A stretch of 64,000 bases of DNA from Nitrospiraceae bacterium (GTDB lineage Bacteria > Nitrospirota > Nitrospiria > Nitrospirales > Nitrospiraceae), in NCBI GenBank assembly GCA_041616875.1, contig JBFJQA010000001.1, positions 4,646-68,645 on the forward strand. Direction: 5' to 3'. This document shows, piece after piece, positions 56,320-64,000 of the stretch (position 1 is its first letter; every line of letters starts with the position of its first letter). Below the pieces are notes generated by a model that was not told where the DNA came from, searched no databases, and saw nothing but the letters and a program-made list of their open reading frames with translations. The translations under genes were made by a program, and so were the position numbers.

Positions 56320-56847
56320 ATGAAGCAAAGGAGGCGTCCCATGCCGCTCGTGGTCCTGGCACTCACTGTTCTCTTTGGGGCCTGGCCGTCGGCGTCCCAG
56401 GCACTCGGTGGTCTGGAAGAGGCCGACAATCTCAAAGACCTCTTGGGAGTGGGGGTCGTGGTTGAGGAGATGAACCGAGTGTTGAAGAGGGAGGGAGTCA
56501 TGACGGATCACATTCAAACGGAAGTCAAGGTTCGGCTCCGAATGGCAGGAATTCGAGTCCTAGGATCTTCGGTCAGTGCCAAGATGTCCGGCGCGCCGTA
56601 TCTCTATGTCAATGTCAACGCCAAGAAAGTCCAGGATCTTCCACTGTACCTCTTCGCGGTGAGGCTCGAACTTCACGAGGTGGTCCGCCCGGTGCGAAAA
56701 CAGGACGAGCAGCAGTTCGCAGTGACCTGGAGGGATCACAGTGTGATTGGAAACGTTGGGGCGGACCACGTAGGAGACATTCTGCTGGTCGTGAACGACG
56801 AAGTCGACAGATTCGTGAAGGCGTATCGGGCCGCTAACCAGCCGTAA
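56320..56847 (+). CDS. secreted hypothetical protein
   Basis: ATG 56320: MKQRRRPMPLVVLALTVLFGAWPSASQA signal peptide. No family recognised. Confidence 0.5.
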   Translation: MKQRRRPMPLVVLALTVLFGAWPSASQALGGLEEADNLKDLLGVGVVVEEMNRVLKREGVMTDHIQTEVKVRLRMAGIRVLGSSVSAKMSGAPYLYVNVNAKKVQDLPLYLFAVRLELHEVVRPVRKQDEQQFAVTWRDHSVIGNVGADHVGDILLVVNDEVDRFVKAYRAANQP

Positions 56848-56901
56848 CTGCGGTGGTGGGCACGCTGTCTGCCTCTCTGGTTCCTAAGAAGGAAGGAGAC
56901 T

Positions 56902-57270
56902 CTATCCCTTTGTGAAGAAGGAAAAGTCGGCATGCTTTGCATGACTGGCGACGAAATGTCTCACACGCTTGATTTCTTCCTGCTTGACAATCACATTCTT
57001 AAGCCCTAGCCGTCCGCTACGGGACCATCGCACCGTCGCCACTTCTACTTCTACGGGCGTCTCCCCGTCAGGCAAATAAATACGAAGAGAGAGGGCTGTC
57101 CCTTGCGGGAGAGGCTGCTCGGAGGTGATCCCATAGCCACCTGTCGAGAGATTGACCAGGGTTCCCTTTCCGGCAATTTGGTCGCCCGAGTACTGAATCG
57201 GGCACTCTACCGGCAAGCGTAGGTCGTGACGCAAGTCCATGGGCCCTCGGGAATTGCCAGAAGCGCTCAA
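56902..57270 (-). CDS. single-domain PilZ protein
   Basis: DLRHDLRLPV .. LVNLSTGGYGI .. ATVRWSRSGRLGLKNV. Confidence 0.8.
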   Translation of the reverse strand: MSASGNSRGPMDLRHDLRLPVECPIQYSGDQIAGKGTLVNLSTGGYGITSEQPLPQGTALSLRIYLPDGETPVEVEVATVRWSRSGRLGLKNVIVKQEEIKRVRHFVASHAKHADFSFFTKG

Positions 57271-57289
57271 AGGGATCGTGTGGTGGTGT

Positions 57290-57303
57290 GGATAGTACTA
57301 TCC
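57290..57303. promoter_or_regulatory. perfect 14-bp palindrome GGATAGTACTATCC upstream of the PilZ gene
   Basis: Read directly. It lies 20-33 nt upstream of ATG 57270 (minus strand). Confidence 0.35.
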
Positions 57304-57689
57304 CACTGGGCCCTTTTCAAGGGGACTGTCGCAACCGACAGGCTCTTGCTGGCGCGAGAAGGTTCGAGAGGTGCTTGATCACGATCCCCTTTGGCCACAG
57401 CCTCATGCCTCGCTGAGAGCCTGGGAAGATTCCCACGTCGTTGCCTTCCTGGTGGGCTCAACGTATCAAGGGGCAGAGTCGACGGTGAGGTCTTTCCTCA
57501 GTCTGTACGTGGCAGGGCGCCAAAGCCGAAATCGCCGACCACCTTTTGTTCGTCATAGCGAACCCAAAACTGGGGAGCCGCATCTGAATGCCCACGTAGG
57601 GGTTTCAGCGTCTCAAGGGGAGGGAGATACACCTGAGGAAATGGTCCGCGGGGCCGTGGCTCAAAGGGGCTCGCTAGACCGTGTTTGGT

Positions 57690-57932
57690 TTAAGTCGTGA
57701 GCAAGGGCGGATACCCGTAGAGGGCATACTCTCCCATGGCGTTATCTTCCGCACTTGGCATAGTGAGCTCCGGTTGTCCATACTGGGCAACGACCTCCTT
57801 CTGGGTGGTCTGTCCTTTTTGAATCCAGGTGGTGTCGGTCACGTCGAGCCTCCGAGCAGAGTCTTCGGCCGCACAACCGGACAGATTCACCAGTAAGACT
57901 AATCCGGACACGGCTATAAGAGCAGTCTGCAT
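57690..57932 (-). CDS. small lipoprotein, SmpA/OmlA (BamE)-like
   Basis: ATG 57932: MQTALIAVSGLVLLVNLSGC with a lipobox. ..IQKGQTTQKEVVAQYGQPE.. resembles the BamE fold motif. Confidence 0.5.
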   Translation of the reverse strand: MQTALIAVSGLVLLVNLSGCAAEDSARRLDVTDTTWIQKGQTTQKEVVAQYGQPELTMPSAEDNAMGEYALYGYPPLLTT

Positions 57933-58334
57933 CCTGGCACCCTGCACGTGTAGAGTCGTCATCCTGATTCCGGCGCTCGCAGAGGCTACATCCGAGGTGT
58001 CTCTGGGAAACGGACATGCAGGTCTCAGTCATCGTATAGGCAAGATCTAGGCCTATTCTACCAACAGGAAACATCTGTGTGCCACGGAGCGTGAAATGGC
58101 TCCAGAGCAGTGAGAGTGCCACGAACCGCTGGCGTCAGTTCTGGATCAACGGCTTTTCCTGTTACCGGCGGTTAGCCCTCGGGATCGGGAGGCATGCTCA
58201 TTCCCCAGGTCCTTTGGGGGCCTCATTCTGACTTTCTCCCGGACGCTCCCGGCTTCATGAGCTCCTTTTCACGACTGGCCGTAGGACCGCCGTGAATAGA
58301 AATATACAACTTTCGAGGGGCCCCGATTGGTGAA

Positions 58335-58362
58335 TTGCCGTGAGGCTCAGGCCTGCTATACT
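58335..58362 (+). promoter_or_regulatory. candidate sigma-70-type promoter TTGCCG-16-TATACT
   Basis: Read directly, about 50 nt upstream of the receiver gene start at 58413. Confidence 0.4.
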
Positions 58363-58412
58363 GATGAAGTAATCATGGTGACGGCTCAGCATGGGCATCG
58401 CGGAGGTTTCCC

Positions 58413-58793
58413 TTGCCAAATCCTTCAAAAACCGTCCTTGTCGTTGACGATCAACCCAGCATTTTAAACCTGCTTTCCGAAGTCCTCGGGAAGGAGGGTT
58501 ACGCAACGCTGGTCGCGAGCAACGGGAAGGCAGCGCTGCGAATCTGTGAGCAACATGTAGACACGATACACCTTTTGGTCACTGATATCCTCATGCCGGG
58601 TATGAATGGACTGGAGCTGGCCACCGAAGTGGTTGCCCGACGTCCACAGATTCGCGTTCTGTACATCTCAGACAGCGGTGTGGTGGCAAATGCTTTCGGG
58701 ACCGACCATGAGGTCCCCTTCCTCGAGAAACCCTTTAAGATAGAGCTCTTCAGTAAGACCGTCGGTAAGCTTCTCACCACTGACGTCCAATAA
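58413..58793 (+). CDS. single-domain CheY-like response regulator
   Basis: TTG start preceded by GGAGG. KTVLVVDDQPSILNLL..IHLLVTDILMPGMNG..VLYISDSG..FLEKPF. Confidence 0.85.
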   Translation: MPNPSKTVLVVDDQPSILNLLSEVLGKEGYATLVASNGKAALRICEQHVDTIHLLVTDILMPGMNGLELATEVVARRPQIRVLYISDSGVVANAFGTDHEVPFLEKPFKIELFSKTVGKLLTTDVQ

Positions 58794-58880
58794 AGCCATG
58801 CGGATCTTGGCAAGCATCCGTGCATTCCCGTTGGCTGGCCGATTACATTCTCGGGACAACGGATCGTTGGAGAGGGACAG

Positions 58881-59120
58881 GTGGTTGACCTTTCGATGGG
58901 AGGCTGCTGTGTGGAGACCGAGGTGAATGTCATCAGCGGAACGGATCTGGAGCTACGAATCGCCCCGCCTGATCACGGATTGCCAATTACGGTGAGACTG
59001 GCACGAGTGAAGTGGCTTACCAGTAGAAGGCTCGGGTGTGAGTTTCTTGGCGTGCCGGAAGAGGATGGGAAGCGTTTGCGCCGGCTGGCAGGCACCTTCC
59101 TCTCTCGATCGGCTACTTAG
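58881..59120 (+). CDS. PilZ-domain protein; homology extends upstream of any usable start codon
   Basis: The track ORF (GTG 58881) starts inside the domain at VVDLSMGGCCV.. ..ARVKWLTSRRLGCEFL. The same frame upstream (58794-58880) reads SHADLGKHPCIPVGWPITFSGQRIVGEGQ and continues directly from the receiver TAA. Confidence 0.65.
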   Translation: MVDLSMGGCCVETEVNVISGTDLELRIAPPDHGLPITVRLARVKWLTSRRLGCEFLGVPEEDGKRLRRLAGTFLSRSAT

Positions 59121-59218
59121 GGGATTGTCCAGGTGCGACGAGATGACCAGCGGATCATTGCCTCAGCGCTTCCATCAGTGCTTTTTCTAGACAGCCAACC
59201 GTTAGGGCCTACTCACCA

Positions 59219-59686
59219 TCAGCGCATCGAAAGTTGCCCGTAGGCCGGCTCACGACGTGGACTCTGGCCTGCATGCTCCAGGCTCTCTAATGCCTGGTTG
59301 TGCGTCATGCTCACCATGCCATTTAACACGACGCCCTTTTCCATCGACATGACAGGCGTCGCTAAGGTGCCGTTGAGAATGGCCGGAGGGCGCAACTCCA
59401 CTTTTTCTGTCGCCGTGATGTCACCGGTCATGGTCCCCAAGGAGACGATCGACCCTGCGCTGATCGTGGCGGTCACCTCCGCGCCTTCAGCGATGAGAAG
59501 GCAGCCGCCAATACGAATCTCCCCTTTCATTCTCCCATCGATTCGCACATTGCCGGTATACGTGATGTTGCCTGTGAAGGTTACGCCTTTGCCAATGTAC
59601 GCGTTGAGGCTTTCTGTGATGTCTTGATTAGAGACGGTCGACGTCGTAGTCTCAGTCCGCGCTTCTTGCTGACTCGTCTTGGCCAT
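59219..59686 (-). CDS. bactofilin (polymer-forming cytoskeletal protein)
   Basis: RBS AAAGGAGG then ATG 59686. Beta-helical repeats ..IGKGVTFTGNITYTGNVRIDGRMKGEIRIGGCLLIAEGAEVTATISAGSIVSLGTMTGDITA.. Confidence 0.85.
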   Translation of the reverse strand: MAKTSQQEARTETTTSTVSNQDITESLNAYIGKGVTFTGNITYTGNVRIDGRMKGEIRIGGCLLIAEGAEVTATISAGSIVSLGTMTGDITATEKVELRPPAILNGTLATPVMSMEKGVVLNGMVSMTHNQALESLEHAGQSPRREPAYGQLSMR

Positions 59687-59865
59687 GGGACGCCTCCTTT
59701 TCGCTGGGGAATGGGCCTGTGTACAGCAAAGGCTAGGCTGTCCCGGGGGGAGAGTCAAGGGGCAGCACGAGGGACCGAGGAAAAAAAGGTTGAGGGGGCG
59801 GTTCGGGTCTGCGGGTGTGGCGGCGAATCCTTGACCGACCGCGAGTCAGTCCCCTGCGAAACTCC

Positions 59866-60600
59866 TCAGCTTTTCAACTTCGACTGCCTGACCAACGCGA
59901 GGGCGTCCGCAAGCTGGGCCGGGGTCATTCTCTTGGCCAATAAGTCGCGTTGCTCGGCTGCCTGCGGATAGCCTCCTGAAGCGGCAAGTTCGTACTCCAC
60001 ATAGGCTCGAACATAGTCCTGCGCGACGCCTTCCCCTTTCTGGTACATCAGCCCAAGGTTAAACCGAGCCAAGGCACTGCCCTCCTGGGCAGCCCGCTGG
60101 TACCACTTCCTGGCTTCCTGCAAGTCTTGCTGCCCACCTAATCCCTTCTCGTACAACACCCCGAGGTTGACCTGGGCACTCACGACTCCTTGCTCTGCGG
60201 CCTCTCGATACCACCGCCGTGCAGCTCTGTAGAAAAATTCGTCCTGGGGCACTCCCTGACCATACTGGTACATGAGCCCGAGGTAAAACTGAGCAGCGGC
60301 ATTGCCCTGGTTCGCAGCCTTCAAGAACCATTTCCTGGCTTCCTTGTAATCTTGGGCCACCCCCAGCGCTTTGCGGTACATGATCCCTAGATAGGTCTGT
60401 GCATCCGCATTGCCCGCTTCTGCCACAGGACGAAGCTCCTGTAAGGCGTTCACGTAGTCTGCCTTCCTGTAGGCATCGACCCCTGCATTCAGCTCCGCGT
60501 GAATCGGCTGGACAAGCCACAGGGAGACAACAATAGTGGCAAGGAGAGCCACGTACCCATGGTGGAATTCACTATACCTTTTGCTCCAGTCACCACGCAT
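59866..60600 (-). CDS. Sel1-repeat (TPR-like) protein with signal anchor
   Basis: Five or more repeats of ..A..WY(R/L)KAA(E/N)QG.A.AQ..LG.MY..G.GV.QD... Confidence 0.85.
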   Translation of the reverse strand: MRGDWSKRYSEFHHGYVALLATIVVSLWLVQPIHAELNAGVDAYRKADYVNALQELRPVAEAGNADAQTYLGIMYRKALGVAQDYKEARKWFLKAANQGNAAAQFYLGLMYQYGQGVPQDEFFYRAARRWYREAAEQGVVSAQVNLGVLYEKGLGGQQDLQEARKWYQRAAQEGSALARFNLGLMYQKGEGVAQDYVRAYVEYELAASGGYPQAAEQRDLLAKRMTPAQLADALALVRQSKLKS

Positions 60601-60610
60601 CGATCCGCTC

Positions 60611-61108
60611 TTACCGGTACCGCTTCTTCATGGTCCGCCATTCCCAGGGCGGGATGGGGTTGGGATCAGCCCACAACCCCCGTTTAGCTGAACGTGCCTC
60701 GGCTTCAAGTGTTTGTAGATTAGGGTGACCGGAGGACCGGGGAAGCTACCAGCAGGCCCCGCTTCGTACCAGCTCCTGATTGAGATTACGGCCATCGGAC
60801 AGCGTGACCTCTCCCATGGTGCGATGATACCGGTCCCTGCCCAAATCCTTGACCGTCACGGTCTTACCAAAGACCATCGCTGCCGTCGCAAGGGTGGCTT
60901 GTTCTCCGTGAGTTTGTTTGCTTTCAGGACAGTCGATGCCCTGGAGACGGACAGCCTCTGTTCCCGTGTCGCGCTGAACAACGAGGGTATCACCTTCCAC
61001 AACCTCGATCACTGTGCCGGTGAAGTCAGCACTGAGCGTGATAGAGGCGGGACTCGATACGGTGAGGATGAGTGAGCCGACCACACTGCGGACGCGCGCC
61101 CAAATCAC
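60611..61108 (-). pseudogene. thermonuclease (SNase) paralogue interrupted by one in-frame TAG
   Basis: GTG 61108, signal peptide, FTGTVIEVVEGDTLVV..VRLQGIDCPE..LNQELVRSGACW-TAG(60746-60748)-LPRSSGHPNLQTLEAEARSAKRGLWADPNPIPPWEW.. in the same frame to TAA 60611-60613. Confidence 0.7.
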
Positions 61109-61436
61109 CTGCCGGTGCCGTTGCAGACGAAGTGCGGAGGCCCGTGGGGGTTGACTCTCCCTGGTGTTGTTTCCATCACATCATCTTGTCCGATCGAGAG
61201 GGAGAAGGCTTCGACGGTATTCGTCGTCCGCATGGTGACCCTCGGAGTGGACCTTGCCCCGTCCATCGCCTTCAGCCCTGCCTCGTTAGTGGCACACCAC
61301 TATGGTCGTATCACGTATGGATGGTCCGGCCGTGATGACAGCCTGATTGCCTTCACAACTTAAAGGCTAGGCTGTTTGTGGGCGAGGTGTCAAGGCTGGA
61401 TCGACCAGCGCCCGGATTGAGTCCAGGGCGCCGGTA

Positions 61437-61775
61437 TCATTTCGCACACGAATTGTGTGTATGGAGTGACAAGAGGTATCGGCGGAGGCGCATACGGGTC
61501 TCCTTTGGCATCGTGAGAAATTCCACCCCGAACTGCCATCCGTCTACCCAACGCACCCTGGCGAGCCCTATCGGCATCGGACCATCCTCCTCTCTTACCA
61601 GCAGGTCCAGCCTGAGCCGCATGCCTTGGAGCACTCGCGTGGTGCTCTCCACGCGACAGCCCCATATGGACAGATTGTGTACCGTTCCCTCTCCGAGGAG
61701 GTGATCACTTGACAGCACGATTGGATGGTGGACCGAGAAGCGCTGTGAACTTCGATGATCCATCGGAACATCCAT
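61437..61775 (-). CDS. single-domain PilZ protein
   Basis: DHRSSQRFSV .. VHNLSIWGCRV .. ARVRWVDGWQFGVEFL. Confidence 0.8.
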   Translation of the reverse strand: MDVPMDHRSSQRFSVHHPIVLSSDHLLGEGTVHNLSIWGCRVESTTRVLQGMRLRLDLLVREEDGPMPIGLARVRWVDGWQFGVEFLTMPKETRMRLRRYLLSLHTHNSCAK

Positions 61776-62104
61776 GCTGCGAGGTAGAAGGTTGGCATAT
61801 ACCCTATCCTATGGGAAAGGGTTGGGGTATGAACTAGTTCACACTCTTGGGAAGGGACACCTCGCCTGGCGCACTCGCACATGATCGGCAAAACCAGGTG
61901 GTCGCGCGTGACAGGCCGTTGATACCCAAAGCGTTCTTGGTGCATGATCGGGGTCCTTATGGTGTCGACATGAGACTTGGGATGGTGTCTGTTGCTGAGC
62001 TGGCGATCCTGCTCCACGTGTGTCCGGGCCATCCTGGTCAGGGTGACAGGATCAATACTGAGCTGCGTTGAGGTTGCGGGGGATCTTGTCACAAGGAGGT
62101 GTCT

Positions 62105-62929
62105 GTGAAGGGGAAGGTCCCATGGAGTTGGGTTCTGCTCGGCGTTTTGGCGCTCGGTGTTGCTAAGATGTTTCCTTTGTCGGTGAGCTATGCACAAGAG
62201 CATGCGCAGGAAGCTTCAAATCCGCCGTACCTACCGGGCGCTGCTTTGGCCGCGCTCATTCTCGCAACGTGTCACGTGTTCGCTCCACAGATCCGACGAG
62301 TGCTGGAGAAAAGAGAGGGGTTCGTCGCCTCATTTGGCGGGGGACTGGCCGTCGCCTATGTGTTTCTCCATCTCCTGCCCGAATTGGAAGCGGGCCATGC
62401 CTTTCTGGGCAGGATCATCTTCTTCGTCGCGCTCGCTAGTTTTGTTGTTTTCTATGGCCTCGAGGACTTTATCTCCGTCCGACTGCGAGGACAATCCGAA
62501 AGGAATATTCTGCGCTGGGCCTTTATTCTGAAGCTGGTGAACCTGTGGGTCTACAATTGGTTGATTGTCTACGGTTTGCCTGAGCAGTACATCAAGACTG
62601 GCATGATGGGAGCGGTGCCCATCGCGCTCGCCTTTGTGCTCCACCTGATACATAAGGACTATAAGTTAGGGGAAGAGTACCCTCCCCCCTTTAACACCTG
62701 GGGTCGATTCGTCCTTGCCGTGGCACCGATTGCGGGATGGGTCACTGCGCTCGTGGCGAGAAGCCATGAGGAAGCCATCACTGACATCTTTGTGGCACTT
62801 CTTGCGGGAGTGACTCTCTATAGTGTCTTCAAGGAGGAACTGCCCACGCATGAGGAGTCTCGTTTTTCGTTCTTCCTTCTCGGGGCGATCGTGTTCTTGG
62901 CCGTTGCCCTGATCGCCGGGCTGAGCTAG
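62105..62929 (+). CDS. polytopic membrane protein, unassigned (weak ZIP-like HLLPELE motif)
   Basis: About 8 hydrophobic segments. FLHLLPELEAGH and LHLIHKDYKLGEE are reminiscent of metal-transporter motifs but I cannot assign a family. RBS AAGGAGG with GTG 62105 (track: GTG 62099). Confidence 0.55.
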   Translation: MKGKVPWSWVLLGVLALGVAKMFPLSVSYAQEHAQEASNPPYLPGAALAALILATCHVFAPQIRRVLEKREGFVASFGGGLAVAYVFLHLLPELEAGHAFLGRIIFFVALASFVVFYGLEDFISVRLRGQSERNILRWAFILKLVNLWVYNWLIVYGLPEQYIKTGMMGAVPIALAFVLHLIHKDYKLGEEYPPPFNTWGRFVLAVAPIAGWVTALVARSHEEAITDIFVALLAGVTLYSVFKEELPTHEESRFSFFLLGAIVFLAVALIAGLS

Positions 62930-62954
62930 CGGCCACGACCGAAGACCATACCCT

Positions 62955-63851
62955 TCATTCTTTTACCCGCAAAATGCGCTTGATCTCCTCTGCCTTCCGC
63001 TGTTTCAGATGTCCGTACACCTCTGGGCCGTTGACAAGCTGATACTGGACGTCTTCTGTGTGGACCTGTGCACAGACCCCCTTCCCCTGCTGGTAGACTG
63101 TAAACCGAAAGACAGTCTTTTCTTTTCGGATAATCCGCAGGATGCTGACGGTGCAGGGCTCCCCATCGTAGGCCTCGGTGACCAGCTTGTCCTCATCCCA
63201 TTCCTTAATCGTATGAACATCCGTGAGGACTTCGAGGACGGGGGTGGTCTTATTCAGGAGGATGGCTGTGGCTTCGATGCATTGGTTCTGATCTCGAAAG
63301 CAGGAAATCTTCGAGGTATGGACTGAGTCCGTAGTCGGGGCGTCTTTACGGACCCACGTGCCCTGGACTTGGATTGCGGTGTCCCATTGTTTGAACTCGA
63401 AGGTGGCTGGAGGCAAGTAGGGGACGAGCTGATCAAGAGCTCTGTTATCCGCGGTCAGAGAGTGGAGCGTGCGAATATCGATGTCACCGGTCTTCGGAAG
63501 GTTGACGTACTGCTGGTATTCTCCTAACGCCCTTCGAGTGCGTTCATCCAGTTTCCCCGAATAGGGCCCGGTGCCGTAGCCAAACCGGCCAAGAAATATC
63601 TGGATCCCCAATACGAGGACGCGGAATTCCTCAGGCTTTGATCGAAGGGCTTCCAGATCCTTCTGTGCGTTGAGTTCCTCTGGTGAGAGAGGAACTCGTT
63701 GTTCCTGTTGGGAAATGTCCCGGTTCTTTTTCATTGGGGCTTTCGTCGTGACCCCTGGCGCTCCCCCGGAAGTCCCTGACGATTGGGCGAGAACAGGTGA
63801 GGTGATCAAACCAAGCGAAACAACCAAAGCAAGAAACGATCTTCTACACAT
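62955..63851 (-). CDS. secreted protein with peptidoglycan-binding (PG_binding_1-like) domain
   Basis: Signal peptide MCRRSFLALVVSLGLITSPVLA. ..IQIFLGRFGYGTGPYSGKLDERTRRALGEYQQYVNLPKTGDID.. matches the PGBD helical repeat. The C-terminal ~170 aa are unassigned. Confidence 0.7.
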   Translation of the reverse strand: MCRRSFLALVVSLGLITSPVLAQSSGTSGGAPGVTTKAPMKKNRDISQQEQRVPLSPEELNAQKDLEALRSKPEEFRVLVLGIQIFLGRFGYGTGPYSGKLDERTRRALGEYQQYVNLPKTGDIDIRTLHSLTADNRALDQLVPYLPPATFEFKQWDTAIQVQGTWVRKDAPTTDSVHTSKISCFRDQNQCIEATAILLNKTTPVLEVLTDVHTIKEWDEDKLVTEAYDGEPCTVSILRIIRKEKTVFRFTVYQQGKGVCAQVHTEDVQYQLVNGPEVYGHLKQRKAEEIKRILRVKE

Positions 63852-64000
63852 GGGCGACCTTGCCTCCTGAACATACTGGTTCGATGATGTGCTGGGTACT
63901 TACCGGCTGGGTGTGCTGACAGTCAAGGGAGTCACCAGCCGAAAAGTGGAGCAGGGGATCCCTCAATATTTGGCACCGTAGACCGGAGGCGATGGGACTG

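Noticed and set aside
61595-62203. 202-aa minus-strand ORF spanning the PilZ gene and the membrane-protein start.
   Set aside because: It overlaps two better-supported genes and has no motifs or RBS. It is probably spurious.
1-64000. Checked for prophage, transposon, integron or defence-island hallmarks (integrase, transposase, terminal inverted repeats with target duplications, cas, restriction-modification genes, toxin-antitoxin pairs), and for tRNA/rRNA genes.
   Set aside because: None were recognisable in any frame by eye. The only mobile-looking sequences are the small intercistronic inverted-repeat elements reported above. A tRNAscan/ISfinder/defence-finder run would be needed to exclude small or divergent elements.

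Overview
This is a densely coding, GC-rich bacterial chromosomal segment. All calls were made by eye from motifs in the ORF track and the raw sequence, with no database search, and the taxon cannot be determined here. I recognised about 75 CDS or pseudogenes. I found no rRNA, tRNA, CRISPR array, transposase or integrase.

Layout:
- 0-7 kb: envelope and K+ genes (NUDIX, tandem USP, Slp, MlaC, HtrA, PepSY, TrkAH).
- 7.3-8 kb: a small gene-decay zone.
- 9.3-17.9 kb: a sensory locus with two PAS/GAF HisKA_3 kinases, a NarL/LuxR regulator and a REC-only paralogue. It is bracketed by CTAG-capped palindromes and by two paralogous small zinc-ribbon proteins.
- 17.9-19.6 kb: lipoprotein nuclease, a signal-less avidin-family protein and a coiled-coil lipoprotein.
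- 20.7-29.4 kb: an acetyl-CoA node. It holds a GNAT + cNMP-domain acetyltransferase, an M20 amidohydrolase, an AMP-forming acetyl-CoA synthetase, and E1alpha-E1beta-E2-ACP with no E3. Homologous inverted-repeat elements sit between the cistrons.
- 29.6-35 kb: a stress/dormancy-type set (antiporter, CBS x2, phosphoribosyltransferase, zinc-ribbon protein, tandem USP, cytochrome c).
- 35-44.4 kb: a YbhGFSR-like ABC-2 efflux system followed by a Mla-like system with a STAS-fused permease.
- 44.6-50 kb: VIT1 and a beta-PGM/OtsB/GH65 trehalose block.
- 50-62 kb: an accessory-looking signalling region. It has five paralogous single-domain PilZ proteins, three orphan receivers, an XRE-S24 LexA-like repressor with a palindrome over its ATG, bactofilin, a Sel1 protein and a nuclease paralogue carrying an in-frame TAG.

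The best candidates for something undescribed are the PilZ/REC swarm, the palindrome- and zinc-ribbon-flanked sensory locus, and the cytoplasmic avidin-like gene.
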